Assembly (NCBI GenBank): GCA_977017645.1
Contig: OZ360243.1
Location: forward strand, 49,662,001-49,726,000
Direction: 5' to 3'
DNA: 64,000 bases
Source of the DNA: Torpedo marmorata
Taxonomy: Eukaryota
The position numbers and the translations under genes were made by a program. The number at the start of each line of letters is the position of its first letter. Position 1 is the stretch's first letter. The notes beneath the pieces are model-generated. The model was not told the DNA's origin, did not search any database, and saw only the letters and a program-made list of their open reading frames with translations. Below are positions 37,603 to 50,053 of the stretch, piece after piece.

Positions 37603-38173
37603 TGACCAAAATTGGAGCTTAATGAGAGCTTATTTGATCGATTAATATTCGATTTGTTGGTTAAAAATCTTTTTGAAAGCCAATTAAAAGGCTTGTGTAT
37701 GTGGAAACAAAACAACAGCAATGGATATAGAACAATTTTTGACATCGCCAATCTTTGCAGAATTGCAGAAGGCGACAAGGAGTGATTTAGTAACTATAGC
37801 CCAAAAGTTGGGAACTGAGGGGGTAAAACCGTCGTTGAAAAAAATTACAAAGTTACAAAGAATTATAGCTGAACACTATGTAAAAGAGGGGACTTTTGAA
37901 GAGGAGGAGTTAAAACAATTTCTTGAGAGTAAACCTCTTAAGCAGCAGGTACAGATGGAACAGGTTGAGTTAGAGAGACATAGAATGGAGATTAAACTAC
38001 ATGTAAAGGAGATGGAGTTAGAAAAATATAGAATTATGAGAGATAGAGAGGAAGCAGAACGGCAAAGGAGATTTGAGGTGGAAGAAGCAGAAAAAAACGG
38101 AGGTTTGAACTAGAGATGAGAGGAGCAGGAGCTTCATCTCATGGTTCTCGTGAGAGTTTTATGACTATTAGGG

Positions 38174-38374
38174 CTCTGTGCGTGTTGGCGTTGGGACTGC
38201 CGATGAGGATATCATCCAGGGAAATGAAGATGAATTCGAGGTACCTGACGACCAATGTCCATGAGACGCTGAAACATCTGGGCTGCGTTTTTTAAGCCGA
38301 AAGGCGTCCGTAGGAATTCGAATAGGCCGAAAGGTATAATGATGTCTGTCTTCTTGACGTCGTTGGGATGTCAA
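38174..38374 (-). mobile_element. Gypsy reverse-transcriptase fragment fused to a CR1 insertion
   Basis: Hand translation of the minus strand: HPNDVKKTDIIIPFGLFEFLRTPFGLKNAAQMFQRLMD, then after a frameshift LEFIFISLDDILIGS. Confidence 0.85.
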
Positions 38375-38827
38375 CCTGGGTTCCTGGGTTTGAGTTATAG
38401 GGAAAGGTTGAACAGGCTGGGACTTTATTCCCTGGAGCGTAGAAGGTTGAGAGGTGATTTGATAGAGGTATTTAAAATTATGAAGGGGAAAGATAGAGTC
38501 AATGTGGACAGGCTTTTTCCATTGAGAGTGGGGAAGATTCAAACAAGAGGGCATGGATTGAGATTGAAGGGGGAAAAGTTTAGAGGAAACATGAGGGGGA
38601 ATTTCTTCACTCAGGGTGGTAGGAGGGTGGAACGAGCTTCTGGCCGAAGTGGTAGATGCAGGTTCAATTTTAATGTTTAAGGAAAAGTTGGATAGGTATA
38701 TGGACGAGAGAGGTGTGGAGGGTTATGGGCCGGGTGCGGGTCAGTGGGACTAAGTGGGAGAATGTGTTCGGCATGGACTCGAAGGGCCGAACTGGCCTGT
38801 TTCTGTGCTGTAAATGTTATGGTTATA
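38375..38827 (+). mobile_element. CR1 LINE 3' fragment, nearly identical to 1043-1500
   Basis: PGFLGLSYRERLNRLGLYSLERRRLRGDLIEVFKIMKG..; same tail. Confidence 0.92.
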
Positions 38828-39542
38828 TAGGGAAGTAAAGTTAGTTCCTCCGTTTAATGAGGATGATATTGATAAATATTTTCAACACTTTGAGAAAGTG
38901 GCTGAGAGTTTGAAATGGCCAAGAAACTATTGGTCCCTCATGTTACAGAGTGTAATCAGAGGAAAGGCTCAGCAGGCTTACTCTGCCCTTACCATCCAAC
39001 AAGCAACTGATTATAATGCTGTAAAGCAAGCTGTGCTTAAGGCTTATGAATTGGTTCCAGAAGCATACAGACAAAAATTCAGGACTTTGTAAAAAGCTGG
39101 GAACTAGTCTTATATGGAGTTTGCCTATGAGAAAGCTGAGTGCTTTGACCAATGGTGCTCATCAAAAGAGATAAATGGTGACTATAACAGACTAAAAGAG
39201 TTGATATTAGTTGAGGAAATTAAAAGGTGCGTTCCTAATGACATAAAAGCATATTTAGATGAAAAGGGAGTAAAGAATCTTCAAGCAACGCAATGTTGAA
39301 GTTTAAAATTGACACTTCAGAATCGAGCTCAAACTGTAATGGTTTGGATTCTTAACACACACATATACATATTTACATTTGCGCATAGTGGGGTTTAAGT
39401 TAGAGTTAAGTTTAGAGATAAGTAAGAAATGTTATGTTATTAATAGTTTAATAAAAACTATTATTTTGAATTTACCATTGTCTGGTGAATTTTCCATTGC
39501 TGTTCCTTTGTTAGTACTAGCAAGGTTTGTTAGTTCGTAACA

Positions 39543-39640
39543 GTGTAGGTTAATGGGGTGTAAATTGGGGACACGGACTTGTGGGCCGAAATGGTCTGTT
39601 ACCGTGCTGTATGTCTAAATTTAAATTTAAAAAAATTTAA
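39543..39640 (+). mobile_element. V-SINE 3' half
   Basis: gtgtaggttaatggggtgtaaattggg..gttaccgtgctgtatgtctaaattt. Confidence 0.9.
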
Positions 39641-41579
39641 GACTTGCAGTATGTTCCCAGGGATGAGATGGCTACAAGATGAAAATGGTGAAGCAGTGAT
39701 TTTTCTCTTTGGATTAGAGAAGGTTGAGGAGAGATAGAGGTGTTCTATATCATAATTGTTTTTTAGTGGGGTAATTGAGGATGGTTTCGGGGACCAGATT
39801 TTACATTTTGGGCAGTTGGACAAAGTATGTGATGGAAAACGTTTGCTCTTGGTGTAAGTTGGATCTGAAACTTATTGCCTGTATGGTTAGTGAAAATGGT
39901 ATCAATTGGTGATTTCTGAAAGGGAATTGCATGAGTACCAGAGTGACAGTAATTTGAAAGACTGGAAATAGAGTGGGGGATTGGAATTGAAGGGAAGCTG
40001 GCACAGACTTGACATCCATTGTAGAGTCAGGATGTGGCTCAGGGGAGATCAGGAGATCTGAAAGAAAAGCAGTTCGGCTTTTGAAACTCAGAAGGTTCCA
40101 TGTGGTTCACATCAGAGTAGAACTTTTAGAGAAAAGAACAAAAAATGCTGGAAGTACTCGGCAGATCAGACATCTGTGGAGAGAGAAACAGCGTAAATGT
40201 TATAGATCAATTTTTCGTAAACATTCAGGAAAATTTAGAAGTAAAACAATTTATGTTACAGAGAAATCAGAGACCAGAGAGAATAAAAGAGAAGATTTAA
40301 ATTACGTGGAGACCTGGAATTATTTTGGATTTTATCGCTGATGTAAGGGAGGCAAATGTGATGATTTTATGCACAACATTTTCCTAAAAGCAGCAAAATA
40401 AATGATCTGATAGTTACTTGATGGTTGACATTTAAATAATAGCTCCTTTTTCTACTCTTTTCAAATGAGAGTTTAACATCATATCCAGTAAATGGCACAT
40501 TGAACACTGTAGCATCTCGTAAATATTTCAAATCAAATCAGAATTTATTGTCATGAACAAGTCATGAAATTCGGTGAAAACTAATGCTAGCTTAGATTGT
40601 AGCTTTAATTAATACTGTATCTAATACTTATTTTCCTCAGAAGAGAATTTAAATTGCAACTGTTTACTAAGATGGGAGAGTTGGCGACTAAAAGGGAGAA
40701 CTTCAGGAGAGTTAGAGTACTTGAGATTTGAGACTTTATAAAAGATTTAGGGTGCTGGAAGAATGGACCAATTGGAAAGGTAGGGGAAAAGGATGTAAAA
40801 GGGATGGATTTACTGGGCTTTCTTTATTCTTAAAATTTCTTCTGTCCTTGTGTAAACTGCAGTTTAAACCTTCTCTCCGTTGGATTAGGTAGATTGAGTG
40901 AATGGTATTTTTATTACATCGCAGTGCCAGACCATCCATGGAGATTGTATGTTAAAGTAAGAAAAGAAATGCAATTTATATAAAGCCTCTTCACCTTCAT
41001 TTAAAAGTCAAAGATCAGAAAAGGCAAACTAATCCATCATGATGTTCAATGTCATTGTTTAATTCTTCCATCAAAGCCCCTCCTCTAAAACAAAGTATGT
41101 AAAATCCCATCACTCTCATCGTCCAAGTTCCCTACAAAAGTCCATCCATTTAGTGCCCTTAATATACAGATGCAATTCAAGATAGCTTCCTGTAGTTTTG
41201 GAGAATAGTATCTGCACTATAGTTGCTCATCGAACAAAAAAGGAAGTTCTTAAAATGGAATTCGTATACGCAGCAGGTCATATAGAGAGGATCAGGACAC
41301 TGGGGAAGCTGAGACATCTTGAGCCTTAATGTAGGATGGACTTTGTTAGAACATGGCTTATAACACAGTTTGTCTCTGTCTTGCAGCTGATTGAATCTCA
41401 CATCTGATTAACATAGCATTATGGACGGTTAGATGAATCTATTGTTAGTGGGGACAGTTTTATAACTGTTAGCACAATGACACAAAGGTTCACATAAATG
41501 GCACCTAAACCCTTTCAAATGCTCCAAGTACGCCACTCAATGTGGTTTTGAGCCAACAGACTAGTGGTATCCAGAATGA

Positions 41580-42390
41580 ATGAAGACATTGTCAAATGTA
41601 TTACTAAAATCCATGCAGACAACTTCTGCTCTCCAATGCTCATTGGCCATCTTTGTCACCTCAAAATACTCGATCAATCACCTGAGATATAAAGCCACGC
41701 TCACTATCCCTAATAAGCCTATGCTTTTTCCAAATGTGAGTAAATCTTATCTCCTAAAAATCCTCTCCAATAGCTTCCCTACCACTGATACAAAGCTCAC
41801 CAGCCTAAAGTTTACTGTATTATTCCTATTGCCCTTTTCGAATAAAGAAACAACACTGGCTACTCGCCAGTCTTTTGGGATCACCCCTGTGATTAGAGGG
41901 GATGCAAAGATCTCTGTTTAATACCCCATCAATCTTCTCTCTTGCTTCTCTCAATAATCTGAGGTATATCCCTTCAGGCCCTGGGTACATATCTGCCTTA
42001 ATGTTCTTCAAGAGATCCATCTTCTCTTGCTTGATATCAACACACCCTAGTATATTAGCATAGCCCACACTGATCTTGCAATCCTCCATGTCCTTCTCCT
42101 TAGTGAATACCAATGCAAAGTGCTCATTTTGAATCTTGCCCTCTTCCTCCGGCTCCAAGCATAAATTCCCTCCTTTGTCCTTCAGTGATTCTATCCTCTC
42201 CCAAGCTGCCCCTTGTTTTTAAAATGTGGATAAAATGCCTTTGTATTTTCCTTAATCCAACTCACCAAGGACATTCCTTGGCCCCTTTTGACCTTCCTGA
42301 TTCCCTGTTTGAGTCCTCTTCTGCTTACTTCATGTTCTTTAAATGCCCTGGATGGTTTCAGCTTCCTAAACCTTACATGTGCTTTCTATT
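41580..42390 (-). mobile_element. CR1 LINE internal fragment
   Basis: NEHFALVFTKEKD..IKADMYPGPEGIYLRLLREARE; ttactaaaatccatgcagac (VCMDFS on the minus strand). Confidence 0.8.
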
Positions 42391-42571
42391 TGTTTTTAAC
42401 TTTAATCAGAATGATTTGTTTATCTAGTTTCCTGTATCTGAGGTGTGGTTCCATGGTCATAAGAACCATTCAGTACCTCCTGTGAACTTGCTAAGAGTGA
42501 TGCCAAGACATTCAGAGAGGGAGTCGTTCCCTCTGGCTTCCCCATAAATGTTGCAAGCTCCAGGTTCTCAA

Positions 42572-42810
42572 GGGCAGCACGATTAGCATAGCAGTTAGCG
42601 CAACGCTGTTACAGCGCCAGCGATCAGGCCTGGGGTTCGAATCCTGCGCTGTCTGTAAGGAGTTTGTCCGTTCTCCCCGTGTTTCCTCTGGGTGCTCCGG
42701 TTTCCTCCCACCCTTCAAAACGTACGGGGGGGGGTCGTTGGTCAATTGGGTGGCACGGGCTCGTGGGTCAGAAGGGCCTGTTGCCATGCTTGATGTCTAA
42801 ATTTTTTAAA
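42572..42810 (+). mobile_element. V-SINE
   Basis: gggcagcacgattagcatagcagttagcgcaacg..ggttcgaatcc..gggcctgttgccatgct. Confidence 0.88.
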
Positions 42811-43130
42811 AAAGAATATAAATCCTTCCGAATTCTACGGAATTACTTAATGGTTTATTAGTCTTTTTGTGTTTATGATCCTGAATTTGGTCTCCCAAAT
42901 ATTTTCTCTTCATCCACCTTTTTTTTTATCAAGTCTCTCCCACTCTGGTTTGAACAGTCTTACCTGGTGAGTCATTGTTGGAATTTATGATCTCTCAGTT
43001 ATAGTCCAGTTAAATTACAGCAAATCATATGTTAATCAAAACGGCATCAATTGGAGGAGAAAATGTACGGAAAACAGGTGAAGCTGGTTGAGCATCCTAG
43101 GCTTCATGAATCTTGGAAGTTGATTTCAAA

Positions 43131-43829
43131 CATGGAACATTACAGCACAGTACTGGCCATTCAGCCCTCGATGTTGTACCAGCCTATACAAACCTACTCA
43201 ACAAACTAAACCTTCCCTACCTCACACCCATAAACCTCTATTTTTCCTGCATCCATGTGCCTAAGAGTCTTTTAAAGGTCCCTTTTGTACCGGCCTCCAC
43301 CTCCACCCCTGGCAATGCATTCCAGGCACCCACTACTCTCTCTATTTATAAAAAAAAAAACTTTCCCCTGATATTTTCCCTATCTTTGCTCCCTCACCTT
43401 GTACAGATGTCCTTGCTGTTTGCTCCTCTCACCCTGGGAAAAAGGTGCTGGCTGTCCACCCTATCTATGCCTCTCATAATCTTATAGATCTCTATTAAGT
43501 CCCCACTCATCCTTTTACACTCCAAAGAGAAAAGCCCTAGCTCTGTTAACCTTGCCTCATAAGACACGTTCTCCAATCCAGGCAATATTGTGGTAAATCT
43601 CCTCTGCACCCTCTCCACAGCTTCCATATCCTTCCTGTAATGAGGCAACTAGAACTGAACACAATATTCCAAGTGTGGTCTAACCAGAGTTTTATAGAGC
43701 CTCACAACTCTTGAACTCAATTCCCCAATTAATGAAGGTCAGCATACCATAGCCTTCTTAACTACCCTGTCAACCTGAGCAGCAACCTTGAGAGAGCAAT
43801 GGATTGGACCCCAAGATTCCTCTGTTCTT
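43131..43829 (-). mobile_element. CR1 LINE 3' fragment
   Basis: PHYRKDMEAVERVQRRFTTILPGLE..GDLIEIYKIMRGIDRVD; same subfamily as 30037-30395. Confidence 0.88.
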
Positions 43830-43908
43830 GATGCAATTTGTTTGATTTTTGTCATGGCAAAAGCATTGATGTTGAATATGGCTTGTGTTTGAATTCTACT
43901 TTATTTAG

Positions 43909-43993
43909 GCTGAAGATACTGGCACTAAATTATTGGAAACTGTGGTACTGGACCAAGCCACCCAATCTGGAGATATTTCACAAAGGGTCACAG
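43909..43993 (+). CDS. GOLGB1: giantin coding exon 11
   Basis: tttatttag|AEDTGTKLLETVVLDQATQSGDISQRVT+g|gtaatg; 85 nt; supplies the phase 0 to 1 link needed for exon 12; no recognised homology. Confidence 0.72.
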
Positions 43994-43999
43994 GTAATG

Positions 44000-44706
44000 A
44001 TTCAAGATTCTTTTATTGTCATGTAATAAAACAGAAAATATATTACACAAAATTTCCTTTAGTCTACTGTAAGGCAGACAAAGATTTGCCATCAGCAGAA
44101 ATTGCTCGACGCGCCTAACAGTCAGAGAAAGAGAAAAGAGAGTCCCCCCACAACCCGAGCTCCAGATCCAAACCTCTGACATGATCAGGAAGCGCTCAGC
44201 ACCCTCTCACATCTCGGTTCAGATACCTGGTACCCCTTCAGCCAGTGTCCAGCCAATCCCCAGCAGTCCGCAGCATTGTCCAAGTCTCTTGACCGCAGTC
44301 GCCAGCAGCCTGCGTGGGTTCCTTGCCTCGAGTCACCAACAGCCCGCCGCCTGTGTGTTTTTCAGCCTCAGAGCCCCTCGCTGGTCCGCCGCCGTGTTCA
44401 CCGTCCCGTGGGTCATTTCCCCTGCTTCTCCTTCTCAAACAGGGAGTGGTCTCCCTGTTTTCTGGAGCCCTGTGCCAGTCTCTGCTTCCCCAGAGTCTGC
44501 AATCCCTCGTGGCTGCTGCCGATCATCGGCCCCGTCCCCGCAGTCGCGGGATTTTAAAATAAACCCCGTTTATTTTAAACGGGCCGTTTAAAGTCTGAAC
44601 GGAGCCGAAGGCAGTCGGACTGAGCGGTTGGACCCCACGGGGGAGCGCTGTATCTCCTCTCTCCGCAGGTGTGCACCAGTGGCAGCGCTGCCGTCACAGT
44701 AGCTCC
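44000..44706 (-). mobile_element. unclassified CpG-rich non-autonomous retroelement
   Basis: Minus-strand 3' end catgacaataaaagaatcttgaatc (polyA signal plus short repeat tail); GC/CpG-rich body with no credible protein. Confidence 0.5.
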
Positions 44707-44892
44707 GGATGGTGGTTGGATGAGAAATGAGAAATTATTAGTTGTGCTTGAGGGAGTAATGTAGCTATGGAAAGGAAATGTCTCATCAATATTTCCACAT
44801 GAAGTTAACTTTTAAGCTTCCACCAGAAGATCACATCACATTGATTATTAGTGGGCAAGGTTTGGAGATGTTAGGCATTCAGAAGGGCCCGG

Positions 44893-45556
44893 GGGGATCA
44901 TTCTCCTTTGACCATGGACGGCTCTACCGTTGAGGTCGTAAAGAGTACCAAGTTTCTTGGAGTGCACTTGGCGGAGAGTCTCAGCTGATCCCTAAACACC
45001 AGTTCCATAGTCAAGAAAGCCCAGCAGCATCTTTACTTCCTGCGAAGACTGAGGAAAGTTCATCTCCCACCCCCTATCCTTACTACATTCTACAGGGGAT
45101 GTATTGAGAGTATTCTGAGCAATTGCATCACCGCTTGGTTTGGAAACTGTACCACCTCGGACCGAAAGACCCTGCAGAGGATAGTGAGGGCAGCGGAGAA
45201 AACTATTGGAGTCTCTCTCCCCACCATGACAGACATTTACAACACACGATGCATGAGGAAGGCTAAAAACATTGTGAAGGACTTATCACACCCCTTTGGT
45301 AAACTGTTTTCCTCTTTGCCATCTGGAAGGAGGTACCAAAGCACTCGGGCTCGCACGTCCAAACTGCAACAGTTTTCTCCCCCAAGCCATCAGGCTCCTC
45401 AATTCCTAGATATATATGTGTATTAGCATGTTATAGTTTTTCTATTGTATTATGATATTTATGTCATCAGCCCATGGTCCTGGAGAAACGCTATCTCGTC
45501 TTACTGTGTATATGGTAATGAACGACAAATAAAGGTGACTTGACTTGACTTGACTT
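44893..45556 (+). mobile_element. Rex1/Babar-clade LINE 3' fragment (same family as 34195-34876)
   Basis: aagtttcttggagtgcacttggcggag..LPSGRRYQS; aataaaggtgacttgacttgacttgactt tail. Confidence 0.88.
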
Positions 45557-46266
45557 CAAGCCTCCAGCTGTGTGTTCTCCAGATTACCATAATCAACATG
45601 ACGGGAGATCCACTATTCAATCTGGAAGAAAAAAAAGCATTGCATGTTGTGTTTGAGTCTCAACTGGAATAGACACATGGATAGTGTGCCTAGAAAATGC
45701 AGGGAATCCTGTGTCAAGTAACTTGTGTTCTGCCGTTCTATCAACTCTAAAGCACAAAGTGAGCACATAATGGAATGCTCTGCACTCTGCTGAATGAGTG
45801 CTATTCCAACAACACTTGGAAAGTTTCATACCAAAATAAGGAGCCTGCTGACTGGCATCATATCTACAACTTAAACATTCATCCCATCCACAATTGGCAG
45901 CAATGCATACCACAACAAAATACCATGCAGCTACTCTCCAAGGTCTTCTTAGACATGGACTCCCAAGAACTTGAAGGTTCTGACTCATTCCACCTCCTTC
46001 CCATGCAGACAAGTGTGTGATCCCTCGGCCTCTCCTTCCTAAAATCAACAATAAGCTTCTTGGTCATGGTGACATTGAGAGCAAGATTTTTGTTCTGGCA
46101 CCACCCAACCCGATTCTACATCTCCATTCTGTACTCTGACACGTCAGTTATTCGGCCGACGACCGTGATGTCAGTGAATTTGTAGATTGAGTTAACCTCA
46201 TTGATAGGAAATGTTGTAAAACAATAACCAGGAACAGAATTACCAATCAGTTGACAAATAAAATTG

Positions 46267-46500
46267 TAAAAACACAACGCTGGAGAAACTCAGCATGTCA
46301 AACAGTGTCCTTTATATAGCAAAGATAAAAATACATAACCGATGTTTCGGGCTTGAGCCCTTCATCAAGGCTCAAACCTGAAATGTCGGTGATGAATCTT
46401 TATCTTTGCTATATAAAGGACACTGTTTGACCTGCTGAGTTTCTCCAGCGTTGTGCTTTTACTTCAACCACAGTGTCTGCAAACTTTTGTATTTTACTTC
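46267..46500. mobile_element. Penelope-like fold-back element, 234 bp, 15-bp TSD
   Basis: tgacaaataaaattg at 46252-46266 and 46501-46515; inverted arms meet at the hammerhead motif (minus-strand copy 46334-46370). Confidence 0.78.
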
Positions 46501-46727
46501 TGACAAATAAAATTGATTAGTGAAAGCCAGCGTGCATGTTTTACATGCAAAATATGTCTATGTAACTTGATAGTTTTGTTTAAAAGTAACAGAGGGGACG
46601 AATAAGCGAAAGGCAGCTGATGTGCTAGAATTAATCTGGCATGTTCTCAAAATGTCATACAAATAAATTGCTCTGGTACAGTGCTGCCCCAATGTTGGCC
46701 TGGGGGTTGGCTCAGCAATACCATAAT

Positions 46728-47118
46728 ACCATATAGAAACGTATAAAATTATGAAAGGCATAGATAAGATAGAGGTAAGTAAGTTGTTTCCATTGGTAGG
46801 GGAGACTAGAACTAGGGGACATAGCCTCAAGATTCAGGGTGGTAGATTAAGGATGGAGATGAGGAGGAACTGCTTTTCCCAGAGGGTGGTGAATCTGTGG
46901 AATTCGCTGCCCATTGAAACAGTGGAGGCGACCTCAGTAAATGTATTTAAGACAAGGTTGGATAGATTTTTACATAGTAAGGGAATTAAAGGATATGGGG
47001 AAAATGCAGGTAGGTGGAGATGAGCCTATCATCAGATCAGCCATGTTCATATTGAATGGTGGAGCAGGCTTGATGGGCCAGATGGCCTGCTCCTGCTCCT
47101 ATTTCTTTGGTTCTTATA
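46728..47118 (+). mobile_element. CR1 LINE 3' fragment
   Basis: MKGIDKIEVSKLFPLVGETRTRGHSLKI..FSQRVVNLWNSLP; tail tggcctgctcctgctcctatt. Confidence 0.88.
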
Positions 47119-48344
47119 AGAGTCAGTCTGAGAGCTCACGGCATTTTCCTGGTGTCAGCCTGGGAGCTCCCTGAGCACTCTCCTAATCTTAGCCAGGAGC
47201 TAGCTCAGCAGAGGTCCAGTGTTAGCAGAGGGAAGGCTGGGTGCTGCCCTAATATTGGACCAATTTGCTTGGCATTCCCCTGGTGTTAGTCTTGAAGCCC
47301 CCGACCAACGCCCATGCCTTGATCAGGCCGCTCATTGGGTGCTGTCCCAGTGTTGGGAGCAACTCGATGGATAATGCCCCAGTGTTGGCCCTGAAATATT
47401 TGATACTTGAGTGTGCTGGGTAGAGAAATGTTGGATAAACAAGCTTGTGCTGTATATATGGACTTTCAAAATCTGTTTGAGTAAGTTCGACACATTTGGC
47501 TTATCAATTAGAATGATTACCATAGAATTAAAAGGGCTGCAACAGCAGGTAGTATAAGTTTTGCTTCAGAATGGTATGCATTGTACAGTTAAGATCCCCA
47601 GGGATGTGTATTGGGACTACAGCTTTTATTAACATATAATGATTGTGATTAGGGTGTACAGGATACAATTTCCAAATCTGTAGATATCACAAAATTAAAT
47701 GGCATAACAAACTGTGAGGAAGATAGTAATAGATTTCAAGGACCAAGAGGTATCCTGGTGAAGTGGACAGAGAAGTGGCTGATGACATTTAATGCAGAGA
47801 AATGGATTGTTATATTTTAATAGCAATAATGAGACAGTTAAACTAAGGTTCACATTTTTTTAAAGGAGTGCAAGAACAGAGATCTCGTGGTATGTTTACA
47901 TAGTTCATTGAAAGTGGCAGGGTAGGTGAAAAAAAGTGAGTCCAAAGAAAATCAGAAGCTGATATTTATTTATTTATTATTGTCATGTGTATCGAGATAC
48001 AGTGAAAAGCTTTCTTTTGATTTCCATTCGAAGGTGAGCAAAGACCCTCCAAACTCCAGTGCCACTTGTTAATTGGCCATCACAACCTATGCAGCAGTCA
48101 GACCTAAAACTGAAGCTGTGCGTTTGGGTCTCAGTGAGTGGAAATGGCTGTAATGCCGGCATTTTCCCATGGCTTTGCAGTTAATGGCCAGGTTTTCAAG
48201 CTGACATTTCCAACCTGGCATTGAAAAGTGGAGTATTTCATGCTACTGACAGCATATTATTGTCGTCATCCTGGTGGAAGTTGGAAAATGTGTTCAAACT
48301 GTCTAAACTCAGAGGAGTTTATAAATAAATATTTAACTTTTCAG

Positions 48345-48421
48345 AGCAGACTGACAAAATGGAGAATCTTCAGGGAGCCCCTGAACCAGAACAGAGAGCA
48401 ACCAAACTGATGGAAGTTCAG
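48345..48421 (+). CDS. GOLGB1: giantin coding exon 12
   Basis: ttttcag|ag QTDKMENLQGAPEPEQRATKLMEVQ|gtacag; 77 nt, phase 1 to 0. Confidence 0.72.
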
Positions 48422-48844
48422 GTACAGGAATGATTTACTGTAACTTCCTCTACAGTCATGATTGTGAACTTCATTTGGTGGCACTCCCGTCTCTGAGAAG
48501 CTTCAATAAGAAGCTACATAAATACAAGTCTTAACTGACTTTTTTTTCCCCCTGTTGTTAAGCTTTGAATTTGGCAACAATCAATCGTTTGAAGCTGGTG
48601 AGAATGTATCCTAACTTGCAGATAAGGCGAAGTGGGCTCTCCTTTGAACTTTCTTATTCTTGAGAGGTGTTGATGAGGCTGATCTATAGTTGACAGGAGT
48701 AGACAGTGCTGATGTGGATCCCTGAACTGATGATAGCGATCTTATAAACAGAGTAACCTGCTGGGACCTCAGAGGCAAATCACATTCTGTTATCCTGCTA
48801 CCATTGAAGTCAGTGAGGCCAGGTTTTAGGAGCGGTGAACAATG

Positions 48845-49172
48845 GGGCGATTCAGTGATGTAGAATTTAACCTTGCTGCCTCACGGCTTCAGGAGCTCTG
48901 TGTTCGATCCTGTCCTTGGGTGCTGTCTATGTGCAGAGTGTATTCTCCCCGTAACCACCCACTGGATGATCAAGTGTGCTGTCAAATGATGTTCGGGTAG
49001 ATGACCCGTTTGTGCAGATAAGTGACTAAAAAGAATCGTGGAGGTTGATGGGCATGTGCGGGAGAGAATAAGTTAGAGAGCTACAGGGAAATAAGGAACA
49101 GGGAATAGGTCAGATGGGATTGGTCTATTGTAGATGAACAGGCCTGCTGGGCTGAATGGCGTCCTATGTTGC
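48845..49172 (+). mobile_element. older tRNA-derived SINE with CR1-type tail
   Basis: gctgcctcacggc..gttcgatcc..gtgctgtct..ttctccccgt..tgggctgaatggcgtcctatgttg. Confidence 0.6.
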
Positions 49173-50053
49173 AGTAAGTACTGGGCAGTTGGTGCACTGC
49201 ACTCATTGCAGTTTTTAACTGGAGTTGTATGCAGATGAGACAGAATATGATCGCTCCTGGGAAACAGTCTAGCAGCTTCCGTGCTCTCAGTGCAGTATGC
49301 CCGATGATCAAATGCTTCATTTATGGGGTAGGAGCTCTTGGGAGAAAAATCAGGGCTATACAAGGGCAGTGTAATAATGTCAATCCCATACAACTTTTCC
49401 AGTTTCAGGCGCAATGGAGCACGTGGAATCTGAGATTTTGGAGACATTGAGGTATCATTCTCATGGCATTCTAAAGTCCAGTTTAAAAGATGCATTATAA
49501 GTTCTCTTTGTGAACTCAGCTGCAATTGGTAGTTAAATGGAAATATTTTTTCTCTCTATTTACTCACATGGGTTGCTACAGTTACTGGAGCTGTCTTAAT
49601 TGTTAATGTGGACTGGAAATAAATACTGTATATTCCATCACGCAAATGCAGACTGTTCTTGTACTGCCCTTTCTTTCCTGTTGTGTATCGGCAGCAACAA
49701 CAGCTTGTTTTTGTGTAGCTTCCTTGTTTTCCTTAACAAAAGAGACAAAAAAGAAACGTAGAACTAATGAAGGGTCCATTTGAACAAGGTTGCTTAAACA
49801 GGTCAGTTTTAAGGATAAATGTAAGGTAAAGGCCAAGGAGTGAAATCCAGAGTTTACTCCAGAATTCTTACTGATGGTTTGGTTGCCAATGTTAGGGCAA
49901 AGGAAATTGTGGATACACAAGAGGGCTAAATCGTATCATATTAGGATTCAACCAGCTCATCAGTTAGTTAACCCAGCATATGTTAAGTTTATCAATCCTC
50001 TTTGGGCAGTCTTAATTAAACATCTGCTTATAATTTTTTTCTTTTTAATTTAG

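Larger units (their letters stand above)
36423..39542 (+). mobile_element. Gypsy (Gmr1-like) LTR retrotransposon, internally deleted
   Basis: TGT..ACA ends; 4-bp TSD gtgt (36419-36422, 39543-39546); 5' LTR 36423-37580; partial 3' LTR 39271-39542 matching 37304-37580; gag remnants 37721-38170 and 38829-39270 (VPPFNEDDIDKYFQHFEK..AYELVPEAYRQKFR). Confidence 0.9.

Noticed and set aside
40641-40740. Acceptor-like ttttcctcag as a giantin exon
   Set aside because: Immediate stop in the required phase 0; the 43909 exon fits instead
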